DNA from: the human T2T-CHM13v2.0 reference genome, Homo sapiens
Strand: one strand, 5' to 3'
NCBI RefSeq assembly: GCF_009914755.1
Contig: NC_060931.1
Length of the DNA: 64,000 bases
Position 1 is the first letter of the stretch. Every line of letters begins with the position of its first letter. The translations under genes and the position numbers were made by a program. This document shows, one piece after another, positions 13,191-26,292 of this stretch. Below the pieces are notes generated by a model, which saw only the letters and a program-made list of their open reading frames with translations, searched no databases and had not been told where the DNA came from.

Positions 13191-16100
13191 CCCACTTTCT
13201 TCCTAAAAACCCTGCAGCTTGGCTGACAGTGGGACCTGCCTCCCTACTCCCGCCTGCAGGAGCTCAGAAGCCTCAGCTCAAGAGGAGCCCTTGCCAGAGA
13301 CGTGGGACCAGGAATGGGCCCCACAGAGCCCTGCCCGTGGGCTTCCTAAACAGCCTGAGTTCAGCTGCACACACCAACGATGTAGGCGGGTTGCAATAAA
13401 CAGCAAGAAACGGACCCATGGGACAGGAGAGACGCAGGAGCCCCAGGGGACAAGAGAGACGCAGAAGCCCCAGGTGCCTTTGGTGGCCAGTGCTGAATTT
13501 CGCAAGCAACATTAGAAACTTTTTATTTCTGCTTTTCTCTTAACCCAAGGGTGAAAATGGAAACCTGTGGTGTGGGGCAGTCTGCTGAACGCTAGGATGA
13601 GGGCGGGGAACAAGAGCCACCCTCCCCGCTGCCACCTGGCCCACAAGAGCCTTCCCAGGGGCTCTCCAGTTTCAGCCCCTCCTTGCCGAGCCAGACAGCG
13701 CTGCTGGCCTGGACGGGAGGGACACCCAGGCTGACTGAGTGGGGGAGCACTTTTTATAAAGATCAGATCAGGTTTCTGAAAACAAAAAGCCCCCAGATCC
13801 TGCGAGCGGCTATTTAGACTTGATGCACACTCCACCATTTCACAGGTATCCATTCCCCAGCGTCACACATGCCCATCCCCAGCTGGAGCACACTCTTCAG
13901 TGTGGAGGACAGAAGGAGCAGGCAGAAGACGACCCCGGGGCGCTGGGGGAGCAGGTGCGGGCTCCCACATACCTGCTCTATTCTGGTTGGAGGTGTCACA
14001 AGGGAAGGCGTGGAGATGCTGCCAATGGGGACATGCGGCAAATGCGCCCCCTTCGCCCCACACCTGTCAGCAGCTAGCAACAACTCAGTCCTGACTGCTG
14101 GAGACCCAGCCCCAGGGGCAGGCAGGTTGGGATCCGCTGCTCAGGAGGCAGCTCTGGGCCAGGGTGGAGGCCGGAGAAGCCAGGCACCTCCCCGCAGAGC
14201 TCTGCAGAGGCCAGTCTGCTAACGGCTTCATCACTGGAGTGGCGGCTGCTAAGAGCAAAGCCTGTGCTTGGTACCTCAGGGACCTAAATAAGAACCACTC
14301 CCTGTTCCAAGGATCCCAAGTGGGGGGAGGACGAGAAGCAGCTGAGCCTATAGGGCACAGGAAACTCACTGGGGTGTGGGTGCTGGGGACTTGGGTTGGG
14401 TGCTGTACTGAGCAAGCCTGTTGTGGGGGGACACTGCTGGCGGTGGGTGACGAGGTGCACAAGTCAGGTCAGGGAGGGGGACTCTGCCCTGGCACCACTG
14501 GGGCACAGGACACTGGCTCAGGTGTCAGCTGAGGACCCCCCAGTGTAGGCGAGGGGCTCACAGCCGCTGAGGCCTGTGGACACAGCTCCGTGTATTCTGA
14601 GGTCGCAGAGCACAAGAGGTTGGGGGTGTGATACGGACCGACCTCGCCCATCCAGGAGGAATGGGGCTGGTAACAGAGCTTTGTAACCCCTCAGCACCGG
14701 TAGAGGTTGCGTGGCTCCCCAGTGGAGCTGAGGGCTGGCGTTTCTTGCTCTGTATTTCCCTGCGCTCTGGAAACTCCTGCATCACCAGCCTTGGGCCCTT
14801 CACTGCCTCCCCTGGGCCTCCAGAGGCAGGCTGGGGTCCTCTCCTTTCTCAGCCTCTGTGGCCAGTGTCTGGCACAGGACAGACACCCACCAGGACGCTG
14901 CCTGGGACGGATGGCTCCCTTCTGCCTCCGGCCAGGTGGGCCCCGCAGCAGCTCAAGCTTCAGCTGCAGTGGAGGGAAGAGTGAACTGCTGGGCAGAAGC
15001 AGAAGCAGGCCTCCTGGAACTCGTGACCCCAGATCCCAGAGGCCCTGCCCCCTTGCCACCTCCCAGAATGTTGGCAGGGCCTCTGGGTGATTTTCATCCA
15101 CATGCAGGGGTGTCACATAGGCCCCTCGGCTCCAGCTCCCCACTGAACGGCAGCTTTGTATCCACAGGTAGGGCTGGGCGGCTCCAATTTGAACTTAGGC
15201 ATATGGACGCTGTCTAACGATTCACGACACTCCTCGTTTCTTTCGCTACTATTGGACCAGTTGAGGGTGGAGCCCAGCTGCACCTGGCATTGCTGAAGAG
15301 CCCTCGCAGAGCCAGCGCTCCAGCTGCTGGGCGCGCAACAGCTGTCCCGGGAGGCAAGGGTTCGCACGGCAGTGCTTCTGTGTCGACAGAGGCTGTGCTG
15401 CAGCTCCCTGCCAGGCCCGTGTCCTTCCTAGCTGTGAGAACACTAACCTGCCTGGGCTTCACCTGTGGAAGCCACCGCTAACTAGCAGTCGGAGGCGGCG
15501 TTGTTTCTAAGACAGGCAGGCAGCTCCGGCAGGAGCAGCCGCTAAGCACAAGGACGGCCAACCACACAAAGCCTGCTTCTCAACCACTCGCAGGAAATCG
15601 GCTCACAGTTGCTCCCCATTCTTCAATGCTGATCCTGCCACTTTACTGAAAATCACATTATTAACGTTTAAAAAACGTATGGGAACCATGCAAAGACATC
15701 CACGCCCCTCAGTTGCTGCCGCTCCAGCACCTGGCTCCGAAGTCTGTGCAGAAGGCGAGGCTCCCGTAGTGCTCGAGAGGGCCTTGCACGCTCCCCGTGG
15801 AGGGAACAAAGCTACGTGGATTTTCCAGCGCGCCGCCCACTTCACCAGGCAGCCTCTGGGCTTCATCCTGCTCGCGTGACAGGTGTGCTCTGTGCTGTCA
15901 GGAAACTGCAGGGCTTTGAGTATAAACTGAAAACAGCAAAACTATGTTCTCATCTCAGAGGCCCCTTCCTTCTCACCCCGAGGTCACCTGGGCCCGGAGA
16001 CACAGCACCCGCCGTGCAGGAGCCTGGAAGATGTTTGAGCAACGAGAAAAAAACCAGAACATGTTACCGCCTCTAAAATGAGGAAATGGCAGGATCAAAA

Positions 16101-16329
16101 TTAAATGTCCGTGAAGTGTATCATCATGTCAATTTTGTTAGTTGTTACACATAGTTTAAAACACTCACATCTGGGAACTAAGTACGGGTTAGGTTTTCTC
16201 ACTTTGCCACAACTCCTCAGTGAACACAACGAATTCATAAAAATCACTGTCAATTCGGTGAGTTACTCATAAGCAAAGGACTCTGAAGCAACGGTCACCA
16301 TTCCCGCCGTCTCTGCAGCCGTGAGGCCC

Positions 16330-17640
16330 AGCAGCAGGCTAGGCAGCCCGGTTCGCGTGTCCGTGCGGACGCCTGGTCCACGGCCCCCGGCTGTGCGCGC
16401 AGCAGCTGAGGACGCTCCGAGGACACAGCGCAGGACCAGCACGGGGCCGCCACCTGCCCGGGCCACCGCCTCCTCAGAAGATAAAAGACCTACTCCAAGC
16501 ACCTCTGCGCTCTCCAACCCAAACCCGGCTGAGCCCCGACGCAGCAGCGGCAGAGCCTCTTGAAGGAGCTGCCGGCCTGCTCCGCCGTCCTCAGGAAGGC
16601 TCCCGAGTGAAGCTATCCCAATTGTTTTCATCATGAGTCTTTGCTTTAGTTGACACAGCTTCGCACTAGCACCCACCGCGCCAGTGGGGGCCGCCTTGCC
16701 TCAGGCAAGAAAGCCCCTGGCTTCCGAGCGCCCGACGGGGTCCTCTACCCCGGCACAGGGAGGGGCGAGGCGGCGCTGCGGGCGACACAGGCCCTCTCAA
16801 GGGTCACGCGGCGGCCGACGACTCCAGCCCACCCAGGGTCCTCAGAGCTCGTGTCTCCCCCGGGGGCTGCTGCATCGCGGCTGGGGGCCCGGTCCGCCCC
16901 CACAGCGCAGGGGAGCCTGGCCGGTTGCGGGGCCGCTCGAGGGCTCGCAGTGCCTGCAGGGCCTGGACCCCCACCCTGCCACCCGCGGCCCGGCCCTGCG
17001 CCCCCAGGAGAGTAAGTGGGAGGAGGCGCGGGACCGTCCAGGGCCTGCTCGGGGACCGGCGCGCAGCGGAGCCCCGAGAAGCGCGGCTCGGCCGGCCCGG
17101 GGTCTGCAGGGCGGAGCGGGGCCCGCAGCAGCGTCTGGACGCCACGGCCTCCCACGGGAGCGCCCACCTGTCGCCGCGGGGCGGGGCTGGGGCAGGGCCC
17201 CTCCCATCCCCTCCCTGCAGCCCGAATGCGGGCCCTGGCCCCGCGCACTGACCTCTGACCCGGCTGTCAGGTCCCGCGGGCACGGACGGCGCCGGGGCAG
17301 GGATGCGCCCGCAGTGCGCACCGCCCGGCCCGCGCCTCCAGCAGCCTCAGCGCCTCCACACTGCGCATGCCCGGCCGGCCCGGCGCGGCTGGAACCAGAT
17401 CCAGCCGGCTGGACCGTGACGCCAGCGCGCCTGCGGGGACTGGACCTCGGCGCGGGGGTGGGAGAGCCGGGGCGGGGCCTCGGCGCTGAGAAGGCGGGGG
17501 TGGACCCTGCTGCAGCCCCCACTGCTCCTCCGACGAGGCTCTCTGGCCGCCCGGGTCTCCGGTCCACCTGCGCGAACTGCGGGGAGGGCGCACCCCCGCC
17601 CGCGCAGGGCCCCTGCCAGCTGCACGTACTTGCCTCTGAC
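16330..17640. promoter_or_regulatory. CpG island; candidate internal minus-strand promoter
   Basis: Very high CpG/GC content, GC boxes, NRF1-like TGCGCATGC at 17362-17370, DR1-like TGACCTcTGACCC at 17249-17261. Confidence 0.75.
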
Positions 17641-17935
17641 CGCCCCCACCCAGCCCCTATCGTCCCCCTACTTCCCTCATCTCCCCCATCTGCCTCCATT
17701 ATCCTCTCATCTCCCCCAATCTGCCCCCATAGACCCATCTCCCCCAGTCTGTCCCCATCTCCCCTAGTCTGCCGCCATCTGTCCCTATCGCTCCCCCAAT
17801 CTGACTCCATGGCCCCCATCTCCTCCAGTCTACCCCCATCTTCCCAGTCTGCCATCTCCCCAATCTGCCCCATCTCTCCCCAGTCTGACTCCATGTCCCC
17901 CCATCTCCCCCAGTCTGCCCCCATCTCCCCTGCCC
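17640..17935. repeat. Pyrimidine-rich low-complexity repeat (ccccatct / ccccagtct)
   Basis: Direct inspection. Confidence 0.8.
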
Positions 17936-18117
17936 AGGCCCTGCAGGCAGAGGCCTAGCCCTCCCATGGCATCCACGTGTCCAGCAAAGGGGAGGTGCTC
18001 AATACCGGCTGGCTGAATACGTGGATGAGTCACGCAGCCTTTTCCTCACCACACAGAGGGCGTCTAGATCTCTTCTGGCTTGTGAGTTCCCTGCCCTGGG
18101 ACTAAGACTGCAGATCA

Positions 18118-18560
18118 GTTTTTTTGCTTGTTTGTTTTTGGAGATAGGGTCTTGCTCTGTCGCCCAGGCCAGAGTGCAGTGGCACCATTGTAGCTCACTG
18201 CAGCCTTAACTTCCTGGGCTCAAGTGATTTTCCCACCTTGGCCTTCCGAGTAGCTGGGACCACAGGAGTGCACCACTGTGTCCAGCTAATTTTTAAATTT
18301 TTTGTAGAGACAGGGTCTCACTACGTTGCCCAGGCTGTTCACGAACTCCTGGGCCCAAGTGATCTTCCTGCCTCGGCCTCCCAAAGTACGGGGATTACAG
18401 GTGCGCCACCATGCCCAGCCTAATTTTTAATTTTTGGAGAGATGGGGTCTCACTATGTTGCCTGGCATAGGAGGCTGGAACTCCTGGACTCATGTGATTC
18501 TCCTGCCTTGGCCTCCTAAAGCACTGACTGGGATTACAAGCATGCACCACGGTGCCTGCC
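18118..18560 (-). mobile_element. AluJ (18118-18420) followed by an Alu monomer (18421-18560), antisense
   Basis: T-tail, gagatagggtcttgctctgtcgcccagg..., taatttttaaatttttt linker. Confidence 0.85.
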
Positions 18561-19671
18561 TTGCAGATCAATTTTATGGTGCGAGGGAGCCGCACTGGCC
18601 ACCCAGAGCACAGTGAGCCCGGAGGCTGGGCCGGTTCCAGGGCGAGGAGAGGCTTAGACTCCCTCTCAAGGCGTCAGGGTCCAGGACACACTGAGCTCTG
18701 GTCGCGGGGCCCTGCTCTGGAGGCCACCCCTGCCTGGGGAGATGGTGTGGGCACCCCAGTCCCCCGCTGAATAAGGATCTGCAAGGCCGGAGTCAGGCCT
18801 GGGGCTGGCTGTTTTCCTCCTAGCTGTTTCACCATCTCCAGGCCTGTTCCCATGCAGAGGCCTGCTCTGTGGTGGCAGCGGGGCAGGCAAGGGTGGACTG
18901 GAGGCCTCCTGGAGCTGGTGGACACGAGGAGGCCAGGAAGGGATGTCCTGCCCACTGCCTGCAGCGGCTATGCAGCAGTGCTTCCGATTTAGTGTCTCTG
19001 CCACTGGTGTCCGCACCCCGCTTTCAGAGAAGGAAGTGTGTGCTCAGTCACCGGTTTCATGGGAGGGACTCAATTCTGGGCCTTCTGAGCCCCAGTGGCC
19101 TTGTGTGCTGACTCCCCAGTGTGTCCCCAGCATGAATGCGCCAGCCCACACAGTCACCTGCCTCCATGAACGCGCCAACTCCGCGCATCCACCTGTCTTC
19201 CCGAACGCAACGACCCACGCATCCACCCACCTCCATAAACGCGCCAATCCTGCTCATATGCCGTCTTCACCAACGCACCAACTCGCACAGCCACCCGCCT
19301 CCACACCTGAGCCCGGGGACCAGGTTTCTTCTCCCCGTAGTTCTGTGCTGGTGGCTCTGGGCTGCTTTGGGAGACAAGGACAAGAGCAGGAGCGGGAGAA
19401 GCTGGCCTGGCAGTGGGGTGCAGTCCCCCGGGCTGGGCCACTAGCCCCACAGGGATGGGGACGTGGTGCCGGCTGAGGACCCAGGGGCTTCACTCCACTC
19501 CATCTCACGCTTCCAGCTACCCTGCTCTTTGCACTTCACAGAGGGGGAACCAAGCCCAGCAAAGGTGGACACATACCAGCTGCTATGCCTTCCTAGGTCC
19601 TGCCCAGTGACCCACCTGTAGGGCTGTGCTGTCCCCAGACCCATGAAGGCACACATAGGCTTGTGGCTTTG

Positions 19672-19822
19672 GGCAGGTGGGACTCTCTCCCCAGGCAGGC
19701 GGGGACTCTCTCTCTCCCGGGGCAGGGGGGGACTCTCTCTCTCTCCCGGGGCACGCGGGGACTCTCTCTCTCTCCCCGGGCAGGTGGGACTCTCTGGGCA
19801 GGTGGGGCTCTCTCTGGGCAGG
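19672..19822. repeat. Short tandem repeat (gggactctctctctcccggggca-like)
   Basis: About 5-6 degenerate copies. Confidence 0.75.
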
Positions 19823-20356
19823 TGCCACCATGCCTGCTTTCCCACAGCCCACACCCCGGGCCCCAACACAGAGCAGCAGGTGCAAGGCTGCTTACTGCAC
19901 CGGCACATCCAACCACCTCCACAAACGCACCAGTCCATGCATCCACCCAGGCTGAGCTAAGGGCCCCTTGTACCTAGTACAGTCTCAAGGGTGGAGTGGC
20001 CAGGAGGGAGCCCTCCCACTGCCTTGGCTTGAAGCATCAGTGGCCAGTGGTCCACACTGAGACCCTAGAGCCCCCTCCCCCAGCAGGTCGGCAGGTCCTG
20101 GTCAGGAGGAGGGGCCAAGAGGAAAGGAAGGGCCCCCAGATAGCTGGTGAACTGCTTCCGTACACGGGATGCCGTTCCACACGCTACATATCTGGACAGA
20201 ACAAGACAAAGATGCGTGCCCATTGAGAGGCTATGCTGAGGCTGTAATAATACTGAGGAGAAAAGTTAAGGGTAGGCTGTTTTTCTGAGATTTAAAATGG
20301 TTGGGGGAGGAAGGAAATCAGCGAAACAGCACCACAGGCGGCTCCTGGGCAGAGAC

Positions 20357-20867
20357 CAGAGACCTGCAGGGAGGGCAGAGTGGTCCGGGGGGGCAGAGAC
20401 CTGCAGGGAGGGCAGAGTGGTCCGGGGGGGCAGAGACCTGCAGGGAGGGCAGAGTGGTCCGGGGGACCAGAGACCTGCAGGGAGGGCAGAGTGGTCCGGG
20501 GGGGCAGAGACCTGCAGGGAGGGCAGAGTGGTCCGGGGCGGCAGAGACCTGCAGGGAGGGCAGAGTGGTCCGGGGCGGCAGAGACCTGCAGGGAGGGCAG
20601 AGTGGTCCGGGGCGGCAGAGACCTGCAGGGAGGGCAGAGTGGTCCGGGGCGGCAGAGACCTGCAGGGAGGGCAGAGTGGTCCGGGGGGGCAGAGACCTGC
20701 AGGGAGGGCAGAGTGGTCCGGGGCGGCAGAGACCTGCAGGGAGGGCAGAGTGGTCCGGGGCGGCAGAGACCTGCAGGGAGGGCAGAGTGGTCCGGGGCGG
20801 CAGAGACCTGCAGGGAGGGCAGAGTGGTCCGGGGCGGCAGAGACCTGCAGGGAGGGCAGAGTGGTCC
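20357..20867. repeat. 37-bp VNTR, 14 nearly identical copies
   Basis: gacctgcagggagggcagagtggtccgggg(c/g)ggcaga with units starting at 20361, 20398, 20435 ... 20842. Confidence 0.97.
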
Positions 20868-21423
20868 AGGTGCGGGGGGCGGCCAGCAAACACCACCCGG
20901 GGAACGGGCCGAGAGTGCGGGGTGGCTGCGAGGACGTGCCGAGGGGGTGAGAGCAACCTGGTCACCAAACCTTCCCCAGGTAATGAGAATTCGCCTTCGA
21001 AACCTGGGCCCAGGCACCCCAAGACCATGTGGAACATTCTGAGTCATTCAAAAAAGACATAACTATGTCTGACGCATTCTTTTAATTAACTGCCCTGCTC
21101 AGGTGGTCAGTGGGCCCCACTTCCCAGACACACCACGCCCCAGAGAATGCAGGGTAGATGGGCCCCAGATCCAGAGAACTGCTCCCGGCCCACGGGGCTG
21201 CCCCAACACGTCCCTCGCACTCGGCCCGCCTGAAAATAAAGTCTCTGAAATGGAACCTGGGGCTGAGGATGAAGCCCCCCGCAGGTGGATCTGCTGTTGG
21301 CCAGAGCAGAGAAGGTGCCGTGGAGGCCTCGGCGAGGCTCCTGTCTGCCAAATCACTTTCGTGGCATCACGAGAATCCACTGTGGAGGTGTGAGGGCCAG
21401 GAGGCCCTGAGAAGTGGAGGCCC

Positions 21424-21706
21424 TGGCCCTAAGAGGCCACAGCCACCCACCCACACCGCCAGGCACCCCCAGGTGACAGTGGCCCTCAGAGGCCGCAGCC
21501 ACCCGCCCACACCGCCAGGCACCCCCAGGTGACAGTGGCCCTCAGAGGCCGCAGCCACCCGCCCACACCGCCAGGCACCCCCAGGTGACAGTGGCCCTCA
21601 GAGGCCGCAGCCACCCGCCCACACCTCCAGGCACCCCCAGGTGACAGTGGCCCTCAGAGGCTGCAGCCACCCGCCCACACCGCCAGGCACCCTCAGGTGA
21701 CAGTGG
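21424..21706. repeat. 56-bp VNTR, ~5 copies
   Basis: cagaggccgcagccacccgcccacaccgccaggcacccccaggtgacagtggccct repeated. Confidence 0.95.
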
Positions 21707-22270
21707 TGCCCTTGGGCTGCTCCAGTCTGTCCATGACAGGCAGGGGCAGGAAAACCACCCAATCAGCAGGTCCCCAAGAGAAAACACTGGTCGGAGTCGC
21801 CAGAAAGCACGATGCTAGGGTACTGCACGTATGTGGGCAGCGCCTCTGCCCCAAGCATCCTTCCTCCAGCCCAGTCACACTGTCTGCCTGACCAATCCTG
21901 CACGCTCCTCACTACCCTGCCCGGATACCCCCTCTCTGGGAAACCTGTGAGCCCCAGGTTGCTGGAGGGCCTCTCCTCTGTGCACTCGCGGTGCGGACCC
22001 AGGCCACGGACAGTCTCGGCAAGTCCGTTACACACTGAAAGAAGACCTACCACTACCTCGATACGAGGGAACACAGCCCAGCTCGGTCTGTGAAGCTAGT
22101 AGAACCCTGATACCCAAACCAGATGAAAACAAAACTACGGACTAATATCCCTCATAAATACAGACGCAAACATCCTACTCAGCAACATGGAAAAAGAGTC
22201 ACACACCATGCATGACAAGTGGAGTTCACTCCAGAGGTGGAAGGCTCGCTCACTATTTAAAAATCCATTG

Positions 22271-22568
22271 GGCCGGGCGCAGTGGCTCACGCCTGTGATC
22301 CCAGCACTTTCGGAGGCTGAGGCGGGCGGATCACCTGAGGTCGGGAGTTCAAGACCAGCCTGACCAACACGGAGAAACCCCGTCTCAACTAAAAACACAA
22401 AAATTAGCCGGGTGTGGTGGGTTATGCCTGTAATCCCAGCTGCTCAGGAAGCTGAGGTAGGAGAATCATTTGAACTTGGGAAGTGGAGGTTGCAGTGAGC
22501 CGAGATCACGCCATTTGCACTCCAGCCTGGGCAATAAGTGCGAAACTCCGTCTCAAAAAAAAAAAAAA
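22271..22568 (+). mobile_element. AluS (Sp-like)
   Basis: Full dimer with tgaccaacacggagaaacccc, gcgaaactccgtctc and A-tail. Confidence 0.93.
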
Positions 22569-22675
22569 TACCATCGATATAATGCACCCTATCAACAGGC
22601 TACAGAAGAAATACGACGTGGTCAAACCAACTGATGCAGGGGGCATGTGACGAAGTTCAAGACCCACGCGTGGTA

Positions 22676-22870
22676 AACACCCAGGAAATCGGTAACGGAG
22701 GTGCCTCCTGAGTGAGGTGAGGAGACACCCAGGAAATCGGTAACGGGGGTGCCTCCTGAGTGAGGTGAGGAGACACCCAGGAAATCGGTAATGGGGGTGC
22801 CTCCTGAGTGAGGGGAGGAGACACCCAGGAAATCAGTAATGGAGGTGCCTCCTGAGTGAGGTGAGGCACA
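22676..22870. repeat. 48-bp VNTR, ~4 copies, inside L1
   Basis: acacccaggaaatcggtaacggaggtgcctcctgagtgaggtgaggag repeated. Confidence 0.9.
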
Positions 22871-23607
22871 TCTGCAGGTGCTCCTCCAAGGCCAGGAGCA
22901 GGGCAAGGGTGTCCACCCTCCCACTGTCCCCACTGCTATCCAGCATCAGGCTGGCCGGGGGCCACAGGCAGGAAAAGGACCAGAAAGGAAGAAATATAAC
23001 TCTCTGTATTTGCAAGCGGCATGACCGTTGATGCAGGAAATCTCAGAGAATCTACGAAATAAATCCTGGGACTGTGAGTGGGTTCAGAAGGCATGGGACC
23101 GCAGACAGTCAGGGAGCTGGCAATGGGCTCGCGGAAACTGGCATTCCCGTGCTACCACCACCTACGACTGCTCAGCAACAAGGAAATGCTTAGCTGTAAA
23201 TTTAACAAAACCTGTATGGGACTTAAATGCTAAAAACCACAAAACACTGAAGAAACAAACTTTGAAGAATCCAAATAAATGGAGAGACACATTGTGTTAA
23301 TGGACAGAACAGACAGCAGAGTCAAGACATAAATTCTCCCAAAATTGAGGTACATGTTTCATGCAACTCCTACCGTAAATTTCAGGGTTTTTTTTTTTGT
23401 AGGTAAAGACAAGATTATTCTAAAACGTATATGGAAAAGCAAAGTAACAAGGATAGCTAAAACAGCGCTGAAATACGATGACTAGAAGGAACTGCATGCC
23501 TGATTTCGGGACATCGGACAGCTGTGGTGCAGCACGGGCAGTGGGAGACACACAGAGGAACAGAGAACAGTGAACCCAGGAGGTGCCCCATGTTAGCAAT
23601 GTGATTT

Positions 23608-24383
23608 TTTCAAAATTTTATTTTAGGTTTAGGGGTGCCTGTGCAGGTTTGTTATACAGGTAAACTTGTGTCATGGGGGTTTGTTGTATAGATTATTTAA
23701 TCACCCAGGTACTGAGCCTAGTACCCAGTAGTTATTTTTCACCTTCTCTCCCTCCTCCCACCCTCCACCCTCCTTTTCCTCCTCCCTCCTCCCACCTCCA
23801 CCCTCAAATTCACTCCTGTGTCTGTTGTTCCCTTCTTTGTGCTCATGAGTTCTCATCATTCAGCTCCCACTTATAGTGAGAACATGTGGTATTTGGTTTT
23901 CTGTTCCTGCCTTACTTTGCTAAGGATAATGGCCTCCAGCTCCATCCATGTTCCCAGAAGACATGATCTCACTCTTTTTAATGGCTGCATAGTATTCCAT
24001 GGTGTATATGTACCACATTTTCTTCATCCAATCTGCCATTGGTGGCATTTCAGCTGGTGTCATGTCTTTGCGACTGTGAACAGTGCTGGGCTGGTGTCAT
24101 GTCTTTGCTATTGTGAACAGTGATGGGCTGGTGTCATGTCTTTGTGACTGTGAACAGTGCTAGGCTGGTGTCATGTCTTTGCTATTGTGAACAGTGCTGG
24201 GCTGGTGTCACGTCTTTGTGACTGTGAACAGTGCTGGGCTGGTGTCATGTCTTTGCTATTGTGAACAGTGCTGGGCTGGTGTCATGTCTTTGTGACTGTG
24301 AACAGGGCTGCAGTGCACATTTGCATGCATGCATCTTTATGGTGGAAAGATTTATATTCCTCTGAGCGTAAACCCAGTAATGG
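23608..24383 (-). mobile_element. 5'-truncated primate L1 (L1PA/PB) 3' end, antisense
   Basis: gtgcaggtttgttatacagg...cagctcccacttatagtgagaacatg...; flanked by TSD agcaat(g/c)tgattt at 23595-23607 and 24384-24396. Confidence 0.85.
24050..24305. repeat. 37-bp VNTR, ~7 copies, derived from L1 sequence
   Basis: ctggtgtcatgtctttg(ct/tg)a(t/c)tgtgaacagtgctggg units. Confidence 0.92.
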
Positions 24384-24495
24384 AGCAATCTGATTTCTGA
24401 CAAAGTTTGTAAAGGCAATTCCATGGGGACAGAAATCTTTTCAACAAATGCTGCTGGAACAACGGGATGTCCACAGGAAAACAATAAACCTCGAA

Positions 24496-25680
24496 CCAAA
24501 GAAGATTTACAGATGGCAAATAAGCATGGGGCCAGACGCGCGACATCCTTTGACGTGAGGGAGCGCCCATGAAAATAGCAGTGAGGCACCGCACACCTGT
24601 CACGATAGCCCAAATCCAGAGACCGACATCACCAAATGCGGGTGAGGATGTGGAGCAACAGGAATGCACTCATCGCTGTGGGAAGTGACTGCAAAATGGC
24701 ACAGTCACTTGGAAGTCAGCTGGTGGTTTCTTACCAAAGTTGGCAAAATCCTGCCACAGGATTCAGCAAATGTGCCCCTTGGTATTCACCCACATGAACT
24801 CAAAATTTAGGTTCACATGAAACCTGCACACAGATATTTCGAGCAGTTTTATTCATAACTGCCACAGATTGGAAGCAACCAAGATGCCCTTCAGTAGGGG
24901 ACTGGATAACTGTAGTCCATCCAGACAGCACAAGAAAGGCTCTGTCATGCCGTGAAAAGACGTGAGCAAGTTTAACAGCATTCTGCGAAGTGACAGGTGC
25001 CGGCTGAAAAGGCTGCACGCTGTGGGGTCCCACCGCATGACATTCTGGAACAGGTAGCACCATGGAGCCAGGAAAGGGTTCCGTGGTGGTCAGTGGTGGT
25101 GGGGAGGGAGGGATGAATGGGTGGTGCACAGGGCCCTTTTGGGGCAGTGAAGCTGCTGCGTGTGGTGCTGTAACAGTGGATGCACAGTGGATATTCATTT
25201 ATCAAAACCCACAGAGCATGCCATACCAAGAGGGGCCCCCCATAAGCTGCGGACTTCGGGCGGTTGTGCTGTGGCCATGTAGGGTTCGGGTGCTCGTGCT
25301 GTGGCCGTGCAGGGTTCGGGTGCTCGTGCTGTGGCCGTGCAGGGCTCGGGTGCTCGTGGTGTGGCCGTGCAGGGCTCGGGTGCTCGTGCTGTGGCCGTGC
25401 AGGGCTCGGGTGCTCGTGGTGTGGCCGTGTAGGGTTCGGGTGCTCGTGGTGTGGCCGTGTAGGGTTCGGGTGCTCGTGGTGTGGCCGTGTGGGGTTCGGG
25501 TGCTCGTGGTGTGGCCGTGTAGGGTCATCACTGTTGTAAATGCACTATTCAGGGTGCAGGGTGTTGATAATGGGGGAGGCCGTGCATGTGTGTCAGGAGG
25601 GTGTACATGCAAACTCCATCATCTGCTCAATTTTGCTGTGAACCTAATATTACTCTTAAAAAAAAGTCTATTAAAAAAAA
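24496..25680 (+). mobile_element. L1M(A/B)-type 3' fragment
   Basis: cagatggcaaataagcatg...ttggaagcaaccaagatgcccttcagtagg...tgctcaattttgctgtgaacctaa plus A-rich end. Confidence 0.8.
25253..25525. repeat. 30-bp VNTR, ~9 copies, inside the L1 3' UTR
   Basis: gggtgctcgtg(c/g)tgtggccgtg(c/t)agggttc units. Confidence 0.93.
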
Positions 25681-25683
25681 TCC

Positions 25684-26292
<609 letters not shown>

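Larger units (their letters stand above)
22090..24495 (+). mobile_element. Old L1M ORF2 remnant, interrupted by an AluS, a VNTR and an antisense L1
   Basis: L1-like blocks: accctgatacccaaaccag..., aaataaatggagagac..., tcttttcaacaaatgctgctggaacaac. Confidence 0.75.

Noticed and set aside
16684-17958. 424-aa and 360-aa ORFs across the CpG island
   Set aside because: GC-rich stop depletion, non-ATG or repeat-derived starts, no recognisable domain
20266-21062. Regularly spaced repeats resembling a CRISPR array or repeat protein
   Set aside because: Head-to-tail units with no unique spacers in eukaryotic DNA; a VNTR
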